A DNA stretch of 64,000 bases, from positions 186,001 to 250,000 of the IMG/VR virus record IMGVR_UViG_3300028393_000019. One strand, 5' to 3'. The first letter of the stretch is position 1; each line of letters starts with the position of its first letter. The position numbers were made by a program, and so were the translations under genes. Below, one piece after another: positions 38,068-48,121 of the stretch. The notes below the pieces were generated by a model that was given only the letters and a program-made list of their open reading frames with translations, was not told the origin of the DNA and ran no database searches.

Positions 38068-38474
38068 AGTTCTTTGAACCTCTTCGTGACGATCTGATGG
38101 TGCAACAACAGATCAACAATGCCTGGGAACATATGGTGGGTGTCATCATGCTTAACCAAACTGGTCGCAAACCAGTCAAGATGACCTTACCAGAATTCCT
38201 TTATTGGTTTCCTACCCCGCAGGCCTTGCTCAACGCTGACGAGGACTTTGTCAAAACGATTTTGGCTCCTTTGGGCATGCTGAATGTGCGTTATCAAAGA
38301 TTGATTGGAATGAGTCGAGATTACTTGACTTGGGACGGAGAAGATGCTACAATGTTGTATGGCATTGGCAAGTACGGCAGTGACAGTTATGAAATATTTT
38401 TTAAACGCAACTATGCGGTCGAGCCCAAAGACAAAGAGCTTGTCCGTTATCTACGGGAGGAAGTAAATGTTTGA
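38064..38474 (+). CDS. MBD4-like HhH-GPD DNA glycosylase
   Basis: VIMLNQT and GIGKYGSDSY, matching the MBD4 catalytic domain. Confidence 0.75.
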   Translation: MKFFEPLRDDLMVQQQINNAWEHMVGVIMLNQTGRKPVKMTLPEFLYWFPTPQALLNADEDFVKTILAPLGMLNVRYQRLIGMSRDYLTWDGEDATMLYGIGKYGSDSYEIFFKRNYAVEPKDKELVRYLREEVNV

Positions 38475-38868
38475 CTGTTTAATTGTAGGAGATAGTATTG
38501 GAGTTGGCGTTGCCAACATTCGCAAAGAATGTGTAGCCTATGTTAAAGGTGGAATCAATTCTAAGCAGTGGTTGGATAAGAATATCCAAAATACTCCGCT
38601 GATTGCTAGCCATGTGATCATATCGCTTGGCTCAAATGATCATCAGTATATTAAAACTGAACAAGAGTTACGCACTATTAGACAGCTGACCAAAGCTGAT
38701 CGAGTTTACTGGGTTATGCCCAGTAACAAGTTTCCAGTACAGCGTGATGCTATTTGGCGAATCGCAAATGAATATCACGATACCGTACTTAAAACTGAAC
38801 GTATGCAAGCAGACAACGTTCATCCAAGTTGGGCAGGTTATAAAGAAATTGCAGAGGCATCAAAATGA
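38467..38868 (+). CDS. SGNH/GDSL hydrolase
   Basis: VGDSIG, SLGSND, DNVHP. Confidence 0.75.
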   Translation: MFDCLIVGDSIGVGVANIRKECVAYVKGGINSKQWLDKNIQNTPLIASHVIISLGSNDHQYIKTEQELRTIRQLTKADRVYWVMPSNKFPVQRDAIWRIANEYHDTVLKTERMQADNVHPSWAGYKEIAEASK

Positions 38869-39305
38869 AAATCGGACTAAGTTATAGTCGTTGTGTTCGA
38901 GATATTGTAGACGGCAAGGTAGACATCGACGATGTGCTAGTCTTAATTACTCGTACGGATTTTGATCCGCACGATGACGAACAATGGTCGGGCATTTGGA
39001 TTGGATACGGTGGCGGTACTGACAATGCTTACAGTAGCGGCTTCTTTAGCCAATCCAATCCAGAATGGGCAGGTTACCACGACGAGGATCAATTCCGTAG
39101 TGTCAGCATTGAACTTTGGGAGTCTGGCAAGATGCATCAGCCCCGTAAGTTTGGCGCACACCCAAAACGCCGTCCAGAAATTTGGCTAGAAGCTGTGTTG
39201 CCCAGCAGTGAATTGGCAAACAATCCTGCCGCAAAGACCGCTTGGGATAAATTCCAAACAGTGGCAGGCCTCACTAATGTAGAACTTAATGACAAATACC
39301 AATGA
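38865..39305 (+). CDS. Hypothetical protein
   Basis: 146-aa coupled ORF. Confidence 0.55.
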   Translation: MKIGLSYSRCVRDIVDGKVDIDDVLVLITRTDFDPHDDEQWSGIWIGYGGGTDNAYSSGFFSQSNPEWAGYHDEDQFRSVSIELWESGKMHQPRKFGAHPKRRPEIWLEAVLPSSELANNPAAKTAWDKFQTVAGLTNVELNDKYQ

Positions 39306-39706
39306 AACTTTTACCTGCACTTTTGGTTATCTTGCTGGCGGGTTGCAATAACTCGCCCATTCCTGTGGCTACAGCAGAGCCCATTCAAGAAGCACGGGTA
39401 GACAAGCCGCAAGGTTGCGTTATAGATACCAGCACTCGTTTGGTTACTCAACACCGAGTTGGCAACATCACAAACTTAACCAAAGAAGAAGTAGCCAACG
39501 GTTGGGAAAACTCATGCACTGTGCATTTTGATATAGAAGTCAATGGTGTTGTGCATCATTTGGACGAAACCGAAAAGGGACTTGAACAAATGGCCAGTAT
39601 CTGCTACTATGCCAAACAAAAGGCAAGAGAGAATCTATTGCTGGGATTGGGTGGTGAATTCAAGAGTGAAGCCAAAATCGATTGTGTTATTAAAGATCGA
39701 GGTTGA
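39302..39706 (+). CDS. Lipoprotein
   Basis: Lipobox LLAGC. Confidence 0.7.
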   Translation: MKLLPALLVILLAGCNNSPIPVATAEPIQEARVDKPQGCVIDTSTRLVTQHRVGNITNLTKEEVANGWENSCTVHFDIEVNGVVHHLDETEKGLEQMASICYYAKQKARENLLLGLGGEFKSEAKIDCVIKDRG

Positions 39707-39731
39707 CATTCCAGTCTAACTGCTGTATAAT
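39703..39731 (+). promoter_or_regulatory. Consensus sigma70 promoter
   Basis: TTGACA-17 nt-TATAAT. Confidence 0.85.
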
Positions 39732-39769
39732 AGTAACATGTTCAACAAACACACACAGAAAGGTTTAAT

Positions 39770-39898
39770 ATGTTGAAGTACATTGTGGTTTTTATCGCAG
39801 GCGGTATTTTCTTTACAGTTGGGTTTGGCGGTGTTGCTCGCATGCTGGACAAAGGCGTAGACACAGTTAAAACACAATCAGTGGAGTTGGCAAAATGA
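39770..39898 (+). CDS. Small membrane peptide (42 aa, not in ORF track)
   Basis: MLKYIVVFIAGGIFFTVGFGGVARMLDKGVDTVKTQSVELAK; SD GAAAGG. Confidence 0.6.
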   Translation: MLKYIVVFIAGGIFFTVGFGGVARMLDKGVDTVKTQSVELAK

Positions 39899-40044
39899 AC
39901 CAATACAGAATCAAAAATATCATGTGGACAGTTATCATTATGACATTCTTGATGCTGTTCCTACTCAGTGGTTGTAGCACAGTTTCAGGTATTGGCAAAG
40001 ACATTTCGTCAACTGCCGAATGGACTAAGGAAAAAATGAAATGA
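39895..40044 (+). CDS. Entericidin EcnA/B-like lipoprotein (49 aa, not in ORF track)
   Basis: LLSGCSTVSGIGKDISSTAEW matches the entericidin pattern LSGCxTxxGxGKDI. Confidence 0.65.
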   Translation: MNQYRIKNIMWTVIIMTFLMLFLLSGCSTVSGIGKDISSTAEWTKEKMK

Positions 40045-40592
40045 AAAAGACTCTATTACTATTACCCATTGTTGCTGTCTTAGCCGCTTGTGGTACAACT
40101 GATGTGTATCAAAAACGTGCTGATCAAGAACGTGAACGCCAAGAACGATATGTTGAACGTGCTATCGACAAGGCTCCGGATTGGATGACCAAAGTTCCAT
40201 TGAGTAACAGTGCAGTGTTTGAAGCTGGCTCTGCGGTAAGTGGAGACTTTAGCATGGCAGACATCAAAGCCAAAGCAGATGCCTATGGCAAGATCTGTAT
40301 GCTGGCAGGTGGTACTGCAACGCAACAAACCAAGATCTATCGTACAGACTCGGCCGTTGCCAGCACTGAAATGAGCGAAATGGCTCTGCGTACAAACTGC
40401 AAGGAAGTTGACCTTACTGGTGTAGAAGTACGTGACATCAAGCGCATCGCAGAAGGTGGACGCTTTCGTGTGTTCGTTCTAGTTGCTTTGCCCACAGGTG
40501 ATGCCAATCTTTTGAAGAAGGCCAAACTGGCACAGGCTCAACAAGATTTTGCTACTAAACGTGCTCCGGAAGCATTTAAAGAACTTAACTAA
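40041..40592 (+). CDS. Lipoprotein (LPP20-like)
   Basis: Lipobox LAAC. Confidence 0.65.
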   Translation: MKKTLLLLPIVAVLAACGTTDVYQKRADQERERQERYVERAIDKAPDWMTKVPLSNSAVFEAGSAVSGDFSMADIKAKADAYGKICMLAGGTATQQTKIYRTDSAVASTEMSEMALRTNCKEVDLTGVEVRDIKRIAEGGRFRVFVLVALPTGDANLLKKAKLAQAQQDFATKRAPEAFKELN

Positions 40593-40603
40593 AAGGAAAA
40601 AAT

Positions 40604-41302
40604 ATGTTTGGAACAAATTATTCAGCTGACGGAATCGTTAGTTATCGTTCGGCAGGCGAAGTCAATCAAGCTATGGGCCGTGTGTACGGTTACATGGGGC
40701 TTGCCACACTGGTAAGTATGCTGGTCAGTTTCTTCGTAGGAACTGATCCAGAACTTGTGAAGTTTTTCTTTACAGGTGCAATGCATTGGGTAGTAATTTT
40801 TGCCCCACTAGTTGCTGTATTTGGAATTAGCATTGCACTCAACGCTAATCCTCCAAAAGAAACTGCTGTACTATTGTTGGCAGGCTTTGCGGCCATTATG
40901 GGATTGAGCTTTGCTGTAATCTTTGCTGTCTATACTATGGCTAGTATCTTTAGTGCGTTCATGGGTGCCAGTGTGTTGTTTGGAACTATGAGCTTCTATG
41001 GATACTTTACCAAGAAAGATTTGGACAGTCTAGGTAAGTTTATGTTTGTGGGATTGATTGCTATTATCATTGCCAGCATTATCAATATCTTTATCGGTAG
41101 CTCAGTAATGCAGATGGTTATCTCAGCCCTGGCTATCGTAATCTTCATGGGTCTAACTGCTTACGACACACAGCAGATTCGTGAAATGGTCAGTACCGAT
41201 TCTAGCCCTGCCGCAGAAGTGATAGGTGCGTTAACTCTGTACTTGGATTTTATCAATATCTTCCTCAGTTTGCTACAGTTGTTCGGAGACAAGAAAGACT
41301 AA
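40604..41302 (+). CDS. yccA: Bax inhibitor-1/YccA family membrane protein
   Basis: About 7 TM helices; TAYDTQQI and ALTLYLDFINIFLSLL. Confidence 0.9.
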   Translation: MFGTNYSADGIVSYRSAGEVNQAMGRVYGYMGLATLVSMLVSFFVGTDPELVKFFFTGAMHWVVIFAPLVAVFGISIALNANPPKETAVLLLAGFAAIMGLSFAVIFAVYTMASIFSAFMGASVLFGTMSFYGYFTKKDLDSLGKFMFVGLIAIIIASIINIFIGSSVMQMVISALAIVIFMGLTAYDTQQIREMVSTDSSPAAEVIGALTLYLDFINIFLSLLQLFGDKKD

Positions 41303-41303
41303 T

Positions 41304-41756
41304 ATGAAGTTGTTTGAACGCTCAGGCGGGTATTGGTTGTTTTGGTGGAGTGCTGTTTACTTCATCATTGGCATGCTAGATCTCTTTGTGCTCAAAACAG
41401 ATTTGTTTCCATTGACACAGTTAGCATGGTTATGTATAATTGCATTACCGTTGGTTTGTAATCCGCTGGCTCGCTGGCTCAATATGAAAGAAAATACCAT
41501 GTTTGATTTGTTTAAGAAAAATAAAATGCCAAAAAATGTAGTACCGTTTCCTGCTCCTCGAGCCGTAGCACCAGTTGAACCGCCTGCTCCTAAAGAAAAG
41601 GATCCAACTACATACTACGAAATTGGGCATACCTCTGACAACCGTGTATCTCTAAAAATGGGTTATACCACACTTACTATGAACTATCAAGGTGTTCAAA
41701 ATCTTATAGATCAGCTGGAGTTATATCAAAGCCAATTACACCAGGAAACAGAATGA
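41304..41756 (+). CDS. Membrane-anchored hypothetical protein
   Basis: Two N-terminal hydrophobic segments and a Pro-rich linker. Confidence 0.5.
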   Translation: MKLFERSGGYWLFWWSAVYFIIGMLDLFVLKTDLFPLTQLAWLCIIALPLVCNPLARWLNMKENTMFDLFKKNKMPKNVVPFPAPRAVAPVEPPAPKEKDPTTYYEIGHTSDNRVSLKMGYTTLTMNYQGVQNLIDQLELYQSQLHQETE

Positions 41757-42040
41757 AATTTAGAAAAAAACCCGTAGTGATCGAAGCAGTTCGATTTATC
41801 TATGATGAACAGGGAATGATTGCTGTCAAATCTTTTTGTGGCACAGCATTGGGTAATGTGAGCAAGGATCGTCATCCTAGCGCACTAGCAGAAGCAGAAA
41901 TTGGAACATTGGAAGATGGTGTTCATTTGACTGTGAAACACATTGCCACAGAAGGGGATTGGATTATCAAAGGTGTGCAGGGCGAGTTCTATGCTTGCAA
42001 GCCAGACATCTTTGAACAAACATACGAGCCAGCAGAATGA
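41753..42040 (+). CDS. Conserved phage hypothetical protein
   Basis: MKFRKKPVVIEA...GDWIIKGVQGEFYACKPDIFEQTYE. Confidence 0.7.
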   Translation: MKFRKKPVVIEAVRFIYDEQGMIAVKSFCGTALGNVSKDRHPSALAEAEIGTLEDGVHLTVKHIATEGDWIIKGVQGEFYACKPDIFEQTYEPAE

Positions 42041-42414
42041 CCAATCCATTTAGAGATCAAGAAAAGTTTATGAAAGCCTGTGATCAAGTCGCAGGTGGTG
42101 AGTTTAATCGAGATCAGTTTGCAATGTATCTCAGACTCATTGAAGAAGAATACAAAGAGCTTTGGGAAGCTGTCAACAACAATAATCAGTTAGAAACGTT
42201 AGATGCACTTATAGATATTCTAGTAGTCACTATCGGTGCCATTCATAGTACAGGTAGCGATGCCGAGGGTGCATGGAAAGAAGTTATGCGCACTAACTTT
42301 GCCAAGATCGATCACGAAACAGGCAAGGTGCGCAAGCGTGAAGACGGCAAGGTTCTAAAGCCAATTGGCTGGACTCCGCCAGAATTAAAACAATTTATTA
42401 AGGAACAATTATGA
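42037..42414 (+). CDS. MazG-like/PRA-PH family NTP pyrophosphohydrolase
   Basis: LIEEEYKEL...DALIDILVV, KVRKREDGKVLKP. Confidence 0.75.
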   Translation: MTNPFRDQEKFMKACDQVAGGEFNRDQFAMYLRLIEEEYKELWEAVNNNNQLETLDALIDILVVTIGAIHSTGSDAEGAWKEVMRTNFAKIDHETGKVRKREDGKVLKPIGWTPPELKQFIKEQL

Positions 42415-42938
42415 CACAACTAGTACCAAATGTAACATTTGCATTTCGCCAAGGCGATCTAGCACCCGAGGGCGGTGGTTGCCCAATCGGTGGAGAATTT
42501 GTATTCAAGACTACAGCAGAGCTGTTTGACAACAAGCGAGTAGTGGTATTCAGCTTGCCGGGAGCATTTACCCCAACTTGTTCAACATACCAACTACCCG
42601 GCTTTGAAGAGCAGTATGAAGACTTTAGAGCACAAGGTATTGATGATATCTATTGTGTCAGTGTTAATGATGCGTTCGTTATGAACGAGTGGGCTCGTAG
42701 TTTGAACATTCAAAATGTACATCCTATTCCAGACGGAGCAGGAGTGTTTACAGAAGGTATGGGCATGTTGATAGATATGAGTGCAATTGGTTTTGGAAAA
42801 CGCAGTCGCCGTTATGCGGCCATCATCGATAATGGGCAAGTACAGCACATGTTCATCGAACCCGAAGCTAGCGACACTGATCCAGATCCCTACGGCGTAT
42901 CAAGCCCAGAAAACGTAATGAAGCATCTTAAAGGATAA
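42411..42938 (+). CDS. Peroxiredoxin (Prx5/type II)
   Basis: [17 protein letters not shown]. Confidence 0.92.
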   Translation: MTQLVPNVTFAFRQGDLAPEGGGCPIGGEFVFKTTAELFDNKRVVVFSLPGAFTPTCSTYQLPGFEEQYEDFRAQGIDDIYCVSVNDAFVMNEWARSLNIQNVHPIPDGAGVFTEGMGMLIDMSAIGFGKRSRRYAAIIDNGQVQHMFIEPEASDTDPDPYGVSSPENVMKHLKG

Positions 42939-42940
42939 AA

Positions 42941-43531
42941 ATGCCAAACCTAGTACCAATGGTGATCGAGCAAGAAGCTCGTGGAGAACGTAGTTATGAT
43001 ATTTACAGTCGCTTGCTCAAGGACCGTATTGTTATGCTGGACACAGATGTTAATGAACATTCGGCAAGTTTGCTGGTAGCACAGCTACTATTTTTGGAGA
43101 GTCAAGGAAATGAAGACATTACTTTTTTCATCAATAGTCCTGGGGGTGTGGTTACTGCCGGCATGGCTATCTATGACACAATGCAATTTATTAAACCAGA
43201 CGTCTGTACCGTCGTTATGGGTCAGGCTTGCAGTATGGGTTCCTTGCTCGCTACTGCTGGGGCTCCTGGCAAACGCAAAATGCTTCCAAACGCTCGCCAC
43301 ATGATTCACCAGCCAAGCGGTGGTGCAGGTGGACAAGCTACAGACATGGAAATCCAAGTAAACGAAATCATTAAAATGAAAAAGAACTTGACCCAAATTT
43401 ATGTAGACCATAACAGCAAGGGCAAGACGTTTGAGCAGTTCCACTCTGCTATGGAACGTGATAACTTTATGAGTGCGCAAGAAGCACTAGATTTTGGATT
43501 AATTGACGAGATCATAACAAAACGCCCATAA
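42941..43531 (+). CDS. clpP: ATP-dependent Clp protease proteolytic subunit
   Basis: [34 protein letters not shown]; triad intact. Confidence 0.97.
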   Translation: MPNLVPMVIEQEARGERSYDIYSRLLKDRIVMLDTDVNEHSASLLVAQLLFLESQGNEDITFFINSPGGVVTAGMAIYDTMQFIKPDVCTVVMGQACSMGSLLATAGAPGKRKMLPNARHMIHQPSGGAGGQATDMEIQVNEIIKMKKNLTQIYVDHNSKGKTFEQFHSAMERDNFMSAQEALDFGLIDEIITKRP

Positions 43532-43562
43532 AGTGCGTATATAATTGGTTGCTGTAGTAAAC

Positions 43563-43570
43563 TATAAATA
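43563..43570 (+). promoter_or_regulatory. T4-type late promoter TATAAATA
   Basis: Exact consensus, followed by AGGAG SD and ATG 43591. Confidence 0.65.
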
Positions 43571-43590
43571 GCTATGTCTAGGAGTTTACT

Positions 43591-44316
43591 ATGGCCCAAC
43601 TACCATTCGATTGGTCGGAATTAACCCGCAGTAATCTGTACTCTATGTTCTATTCGCTCAACAGCGAAATAGTGGGCAAAGAGCTATCTCCCAGTCAAAT
43701 CCAAAAACGCATTATTCGCCACATTAAGGCGCACCTGCCTGTTAAACTCAAAAAGTGTTTGTATGCTCCTACTACACCTGGATTTGTATTCATGGGCGGA
43801 GTTTACTACAGCGATTTGGATCACAAAGGCAAGCCTGCGATTGAAGTCAATTTCAACTACAATCCAAACGATCGAAAGTTACGATTAACCAATCATCGTT
43901 TTAAACGTATGGCTATCCGATTTGCTGATGTAGTACTGCATGAAATTGTACATCAGCGCCAATTCCGTGCCCGTAACTTTAAAAACATTCCCGGATACGA
44001 AAGCACTGCCTATTATGCTACTGATCGTAAAAAGCAAGAGTACTATGGTGACAGAGACGAAATGGGCGCACATGCGTTCAATTGTGCCTGTGAATTGATT
44101 GATCGATTTGGATACGATCCTACAACAATTGGACGATACCTAGATTCAAATCAATGCCGTAGACATAAAAATTCAACTTGGAATGATTATTTGAAGTCAT
44201 TTGATTGGAATCACAATCATCCAATTATACGCAGAATGCGTAATTTGATCTTGCGCCAATTGGAAAATGCCTATTACGGCAAGCCATTTAAGACCACAAA
44301 CCACTTGACATACTAG
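43591..44316 (+). CDS. HExxH...E putative zinc metallopeptidase, paralog of 34413
   Basis: LHEIVHQRQ...YYGDRDEMGAHAF. Confidence 0.5.
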   Translation: MAQLPFDWSELTRSNLYSMFYSLNSEIVGKELSPSQIQKRIIRHIKAHLPVKLKKCLYAPTTPGFVFMGGVYYSDLDHKGKPAIEVNFNYNPNDRKLRLTNHRFKRMAIRFADVVLHEIVHQRQFRARNFKNIPGYESTAYYATDRKKQEYYGDRDEMGAHAFNCACELIDRFGYDPTTIGRYLDSNQCRRHKNSTWNDYLKSFDWNHNHPIIRRMRNLILRQLENAYYGKPFKTTNHLTY

Positions 44317-44333
44317 CAGTTAGGCTGTATAAT
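44305..44333 (+). promoter_or_regulatory. Consensus sigma70 promoter
   Basis: TTGACA-17 nt-TATAAT. Confidence 0.85.
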
Positions 44334-44366
44334 ATAAACTTATACAGCAACTTATAGGAGTCAAAC

Positions 44367-45692
44367 ATGAGCGTTTGTGCCAGTCACATTTGGGCCCTAG
44401 AAACCCATCCAAGCCGTTTAAACAAAGAAGCCATAATCCTAGCCATAGCTGAAGAAGGCAATAAAGAATTCTTTGAAGGTTGTCGTCTTGCGCTAGATCC
44501 AATGATCACTTTTGGACTCAAACAGATACCTGAGAAAACAGATGCGGATGGTGCTGGCTTACCTTGGGACAGTTTTACTCTCGCTCTTACTGGTTTTGTT
44601 ACACGTCAAGTTACTGGTAATACAGCACGTGATATGATTGCCGCCATGATGAAGTCAGCAACCAAAGCAGAATGGAATGGTTGGTATCGTAGGATTTTAA
44701 TCAAAGACTTGCGCTGTGGTGTAAGCGAAAAAACAATTAACAAAGTAGTGGAGAAGAAGTATGCTGACTATGCTATTCCTGTATTCGGTTGTCAGCTTGC
44801 TCATGATAGTGCTAATCATGAGTCGAAGGTATCGGGCAAAAAACTTATTGAAGTTAAACTCGACGGAGTTAGAGTTATTACTATTGTACGTAGTGACGGT
44901 CGGGTGGATATGTTCAGTCGCAATGGTAAAGAACTTGCTAACTTTCCTCACATAGCACAACAGATTTCAAACGTGATTCAACTCAAAGGCGCCAGCAAGA
45001 GTATGGACATTGTACTGGATGGAGAAATTATGTCCAGCAGTTTCCAAGACTTGATGAAGCAAGTACATCGCAAGGACAATGTAGAAGCGGGTGATGCTGT
45101 GCTTAACCTGTTTGATGTGGTGCCATTGGAAGATTTTGAAAAAGGCATTTACAACAAGGATCAAACTACTCGAAGTAGCATGGTCAAATTTTGGGTTGAA
45201 CAAAATCAAGACATGATGCCCAATGTGACTTATGTGGCCAATGAGCTTGTTGATTTGGACACTGAAGCAGGACAAGTTCGCTACAAAGAGATCAATGCAA
45301 AAGCGATTGCAGGCGGATACGAAGGCATCATGCTTAAGGATCCTGCCGCTGGATATGAGTGTAAACGCAGTGTTGCATGGTTGAAGCTCAAGCCATTCAT
45401 TGAAGTTAGTCTTACTGTGGTTGCCACAGAAGAAGGTACAGGTCGTAACGTAGGTAAATTAGGTGCATTAGTTTGCGAAGGAGAAGATGATGGAAAAAGT
45501 ATTAAAGTTAACGTGGGCAGTGGTTTCAGCGACAGCGACCGCGATAGTTATTGGAGTGGCCGCGATCATGTTGTCGGAACTGTTGTTGAAGTAAGGGCAG
45601 ACGCTGTAACGCAAAATCAAGACGGTACTTATTCGTTGAGATTTCCTAGATTCTTAAAATTTAGAGGATTCGAAGCGGGTGAAAAGATTTAA
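44367..45692 (+). CDS. ATP-dependent DNA ligase
   Basis: EVKLDGVR, LDGEI, EGIMLK, WLKLK, SLRFPRF. Confidence 0.95.
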   Translation: MSVCASHIWALETHPSRLNKEAIILAIAEEGNKEFFEGCRLALDPMITFGLKQIPEKTDADGAGLPWDSFTLALTGFVTRQVTGNTARDMIAAMMKSATKAEWNGWYRRILIKDLRCGVSEKTINKVVEKKYADYAIPVFGCQLAHDSANHESKVSGKKLIEVKLDGVRVITIVRSDGRVDMFSRNGKELANFPHIAQQISNVIQLKGASKSMDIVLDGEIMSSSFQDLMKQVHRKDNVEAGDAVLNLFDVVPLEDFEKGIYNKDQTTRSSMVKFWVEQNQDMMPNVTYVANELVDLDTEAGQVRYKEINAKAIAGGYEGIMLKDPAAGYECKRSVAWLKLKPFIEVSLTVVATEEGTGRNVGKLGALVCEGEDDGKSIKVNVGSGFSDSDRDSYWSGRDHVVGTVVEVRADAVTQNQDGTYSLRFPRFLKFRGFEAGEKI

Positions 45693-45936
45693 GAACACTG
45701 TACTGTTTGTTATATTAACGATACTCATTATGGCCTTGTGGCCATTCCGCAACCTGCTAAGTATTGAGGAAGATGTTCATACACGCAGATTCTGTGCTTA
45801 TGGACAGGTGTATGTAGAGTTTGAACATGCAGGTAAGACCTGGGGTACTACTTTTTTAGGTGTAAGTGGTAAACCTGTAGCATGTAATGAAAATGACACA
45901 CTATCAACACCAGCATTACACAAGGAAATTATATGA
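45679..45936 (+). CDS. Membrane-anchored hypothetical protein
   Basis: N-terminal TM segment. Confidence 0.45.
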   Translation: MKRFKNTVLFVILTILIMALWPFRNLLSIEEDVHTRRFCAYGQVYVEFEHAGKTWGTTFLGVSGKPVACNENDTLSTPALHKEII

Positions 45937-46769
45937 GATCACACTATTGGACATGTTCGAAATTTGCAGACTGGTTACGTGGCACACCAAAACCAGGAGC
46001 CCAAACCAGTGAAGGCTGGGATGAGTGGACTGAAAAAGCCAAGTCAGCACATCCTGTTCGTTGGTGGATTGCCGAAGAAGGATTAGATCACCTTCAAAAA
46101 TTTGTTTATTATATTCCGGATCGACTAAATGACATACGCTATTATATTAACAATCGCTGGGTTAGTTACAGCCATGCTCTTACCGCACATCCTCGAGACA
46201 TACAACCGGGTAACTGGAGTGATGTTGGCAATCGCTTTCTTCCTTGTATGTTCAATGAGCTTGTGGACTTTGTTGAAATAGAACAAGCATGGCATCACTG
46301 CATGTGGAGTGATGAAGCCAAAACCAAATTTGATGTGCCTTGGTGGCGCAGTGGCTGGCTACGTTTGCGTACATGGCGCAATGCCGAAGCAGGTATGGAA
46401 TATCTCAAATGGGCTAGCGAGCTTGTCGTTGGTGAAGACATGGGTGCTACTCCTGGGGACAAAGGATTCGGCGAGCCCACCTATCAAGCCAAATCCGCTA
46501 AAGAAATCATCGAGCTTTACACTTGGTGGACTGTTACATATCGCAATCGTCCTGACCCATACGAAGCAAGTGGCTGGACTGCGGCATGCGAAGCCAGTCG
46601 TTTGGCCAACGGTGGCCGACTGAGTTTCAGCGGTGAGAAAGATCCTACACTTAAAAAAGCCAGCGACAAGGCTCACAAGCTACTTCAAAAGATTGAAAAG
46701 GCTTATGAAGCAGAAGACGAAGCTATGATGATTCGCCTTATCAAAATCCGTCAGAGTCTATGGACATAA
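45933..46769 (+). CDS. Trp-rich hypothetical protein
   Basis: 278-aa ORF with SD AAGGA. Confidence 0.6.
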   Translation: MRSHYWTCSKFADWLRGTPKPGAQTSEGWDEWTEKAKSAHPVRWWIAEEGLDHLQKFVYYIPDRLNDIRYYINNRWVSYSHALTAHPRDIQPGNWSDVGNRFLPCMFNELVDFVEIEQAWHHCMWSDEAKTKFDVPWWRSGWLRLRTWRNAEAGMEYLKWASELVVGEDMGATPGDKGFGEPTYQAKSAKEIIELYTWWTVTYRNRPDPYEASGWTAACEASRLANGGRLSFSGEKDPTLKKASDKAHKLLQKIEKAYEAEDEAMMIRLIKIRQSLWT

Positions 46770-48121
46770 ACAAGTTTAGAGATGAACTTAATAGTGTCAG
46801 TCCATCATTTTGTGCCGCTAAGTGGAAGCAGGTAACGCTTCATCTCCAAACTGGGCATAACCATAGTTGCCATCATCCGGCACCTCACAAGATACCGTTA
46901 GAAGAACTGTCAGCCAATCCATCAGCGTTACACAATACCAAGTTTAAAAAACTACAACGTAAGATGATGCTGAGTGGCGAACGTCCGGCAGAGTGTGACT
47001 ACTGCTGGCGTGTTGAAGACAACAGTAACTCACTAAGTGATAGAATTTTTAAAAGTGCCGACAAGTGGGCGGCACCTCATATTCAAGACATAGCCAGTAA
47101 ACCCTGGGACCATGATGTTGTACCCAGCTACGTAGAAGTTAGCTTTGGTAATGTGTGTAATTTTAAATGCAGTTATTGTGCGCCCAATGTCAGCTCACGT
47201 TGGATGGAAGAAATTGAAAAGTTTGGACCATATCCCACATCGGGCAAGTTCAACAACCTGGAGTGGCTGAAACAAACAGATCAGATGCCCATACCACACA
47301 AGGACGACAATCCCTATGTTGATGCATTTTGGGAATGGTGGCCTACTGCTTATCGTGAGCTAGAGCATTTTCGTATCACTGGCGGTGAACCTTTACTGAA
47401 CAAAAATACATTTAAGATTCTAGATTACATAATTGCTAATCCCAATCCAAACTTGGACTTTAGTATTAATGCCAACATGTGTCCACCGAGTGACATACTA
47501 GATAAGTTTATTGAAAAGATTAAACTGTTGGAAGGCAAAGTAAAAAGATTCAAAATCTTTACTAGTGCAGAGGCATATGGCGCTCAGGCAGAGTATATAC
47601 GCAATGGTATGGACTATGCTCAATGGATCGATAATATTGAACGTGTGCTAAAAGAAGTACCAAGTGTAGGGTTTACAATCATGAGCACCTACAATGCCCT
47701 AAGCGTTCCCAGCTATACCAAATTCTTGCAAGATGTATTGAGACTCAAAACACAATATTACAAACCAGAATATAAGCAAACTGCTGTACTATTAGACATA
47801 CCGTATCTGCGGTGGCCTCCACATCAGTCAATCTTTATTCTAACAAAGGACTTTGCCACAACAATCAAAGAGCATGTGGACTTTGTGCAGTCTTATGCAG
47901 AAGGCACTGCAACAGAAACATACCAAGGATTTGATCGTCTTGAAGTCGAACGTATGAAACGAATATACGAAATATTTCAATCACACGATGAACCAGATAC
48001 TGTAAAGAATCAAAAAGACTTTGTAGCGTTTGTTGACGAGCATGATCGCAGACGTGGCACAAACTTCTCGGCTACATTTCCCGAGATGGTAAAATTTTAC
48101 AATTACTGTCAACAGCTATGA
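46760..48121 (+). CDS. Radical SAM protein with N-terminal twitch-like domain
   Basis: FCAAKW...SCHH...CDYCW, then CNFKCSYC and TGGEP. Confidence 0.9.
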   Translation: MDINKFRDELNSVSPSFCAAKWKQVTLHLQTGHNHSCHHPAPHKIPLEELSANPSALHNTKFKKLQRKMMLSGERPAECDYCWRVEDNSNSLSDRIFKSADKWAAPHIQDIASKPWDHDVVPSYVEVSFGNVCNFKCSYCAPNVSSRWMEEIEKFGPYPTSGKFNNLEWLKQTDQMPIPHKDDNPYVDAFWEWWPTAYRELEHFRITGGEPLLNKNTFKILDYIIANPNPNLDFSINANMCPPSDILDKFIEKIKLLEGKVKRFKIFTSAEAYGAQAEYIRNGMDYAQWIDNIERVLKEVPSVGFTIMSTYNALSVPSYTKFLQDVLRLKTQYYKPEYKQTAVLLDIPYLRWPPHQSIFILTKDFATTIKEHVDFVQSYAEGTATETYQGFDRLEVERMKRIYEIFQSHDEPDTVKNQKDFVAFVDEHDRRRGTNFSATFPEMVKFYNYCQQL

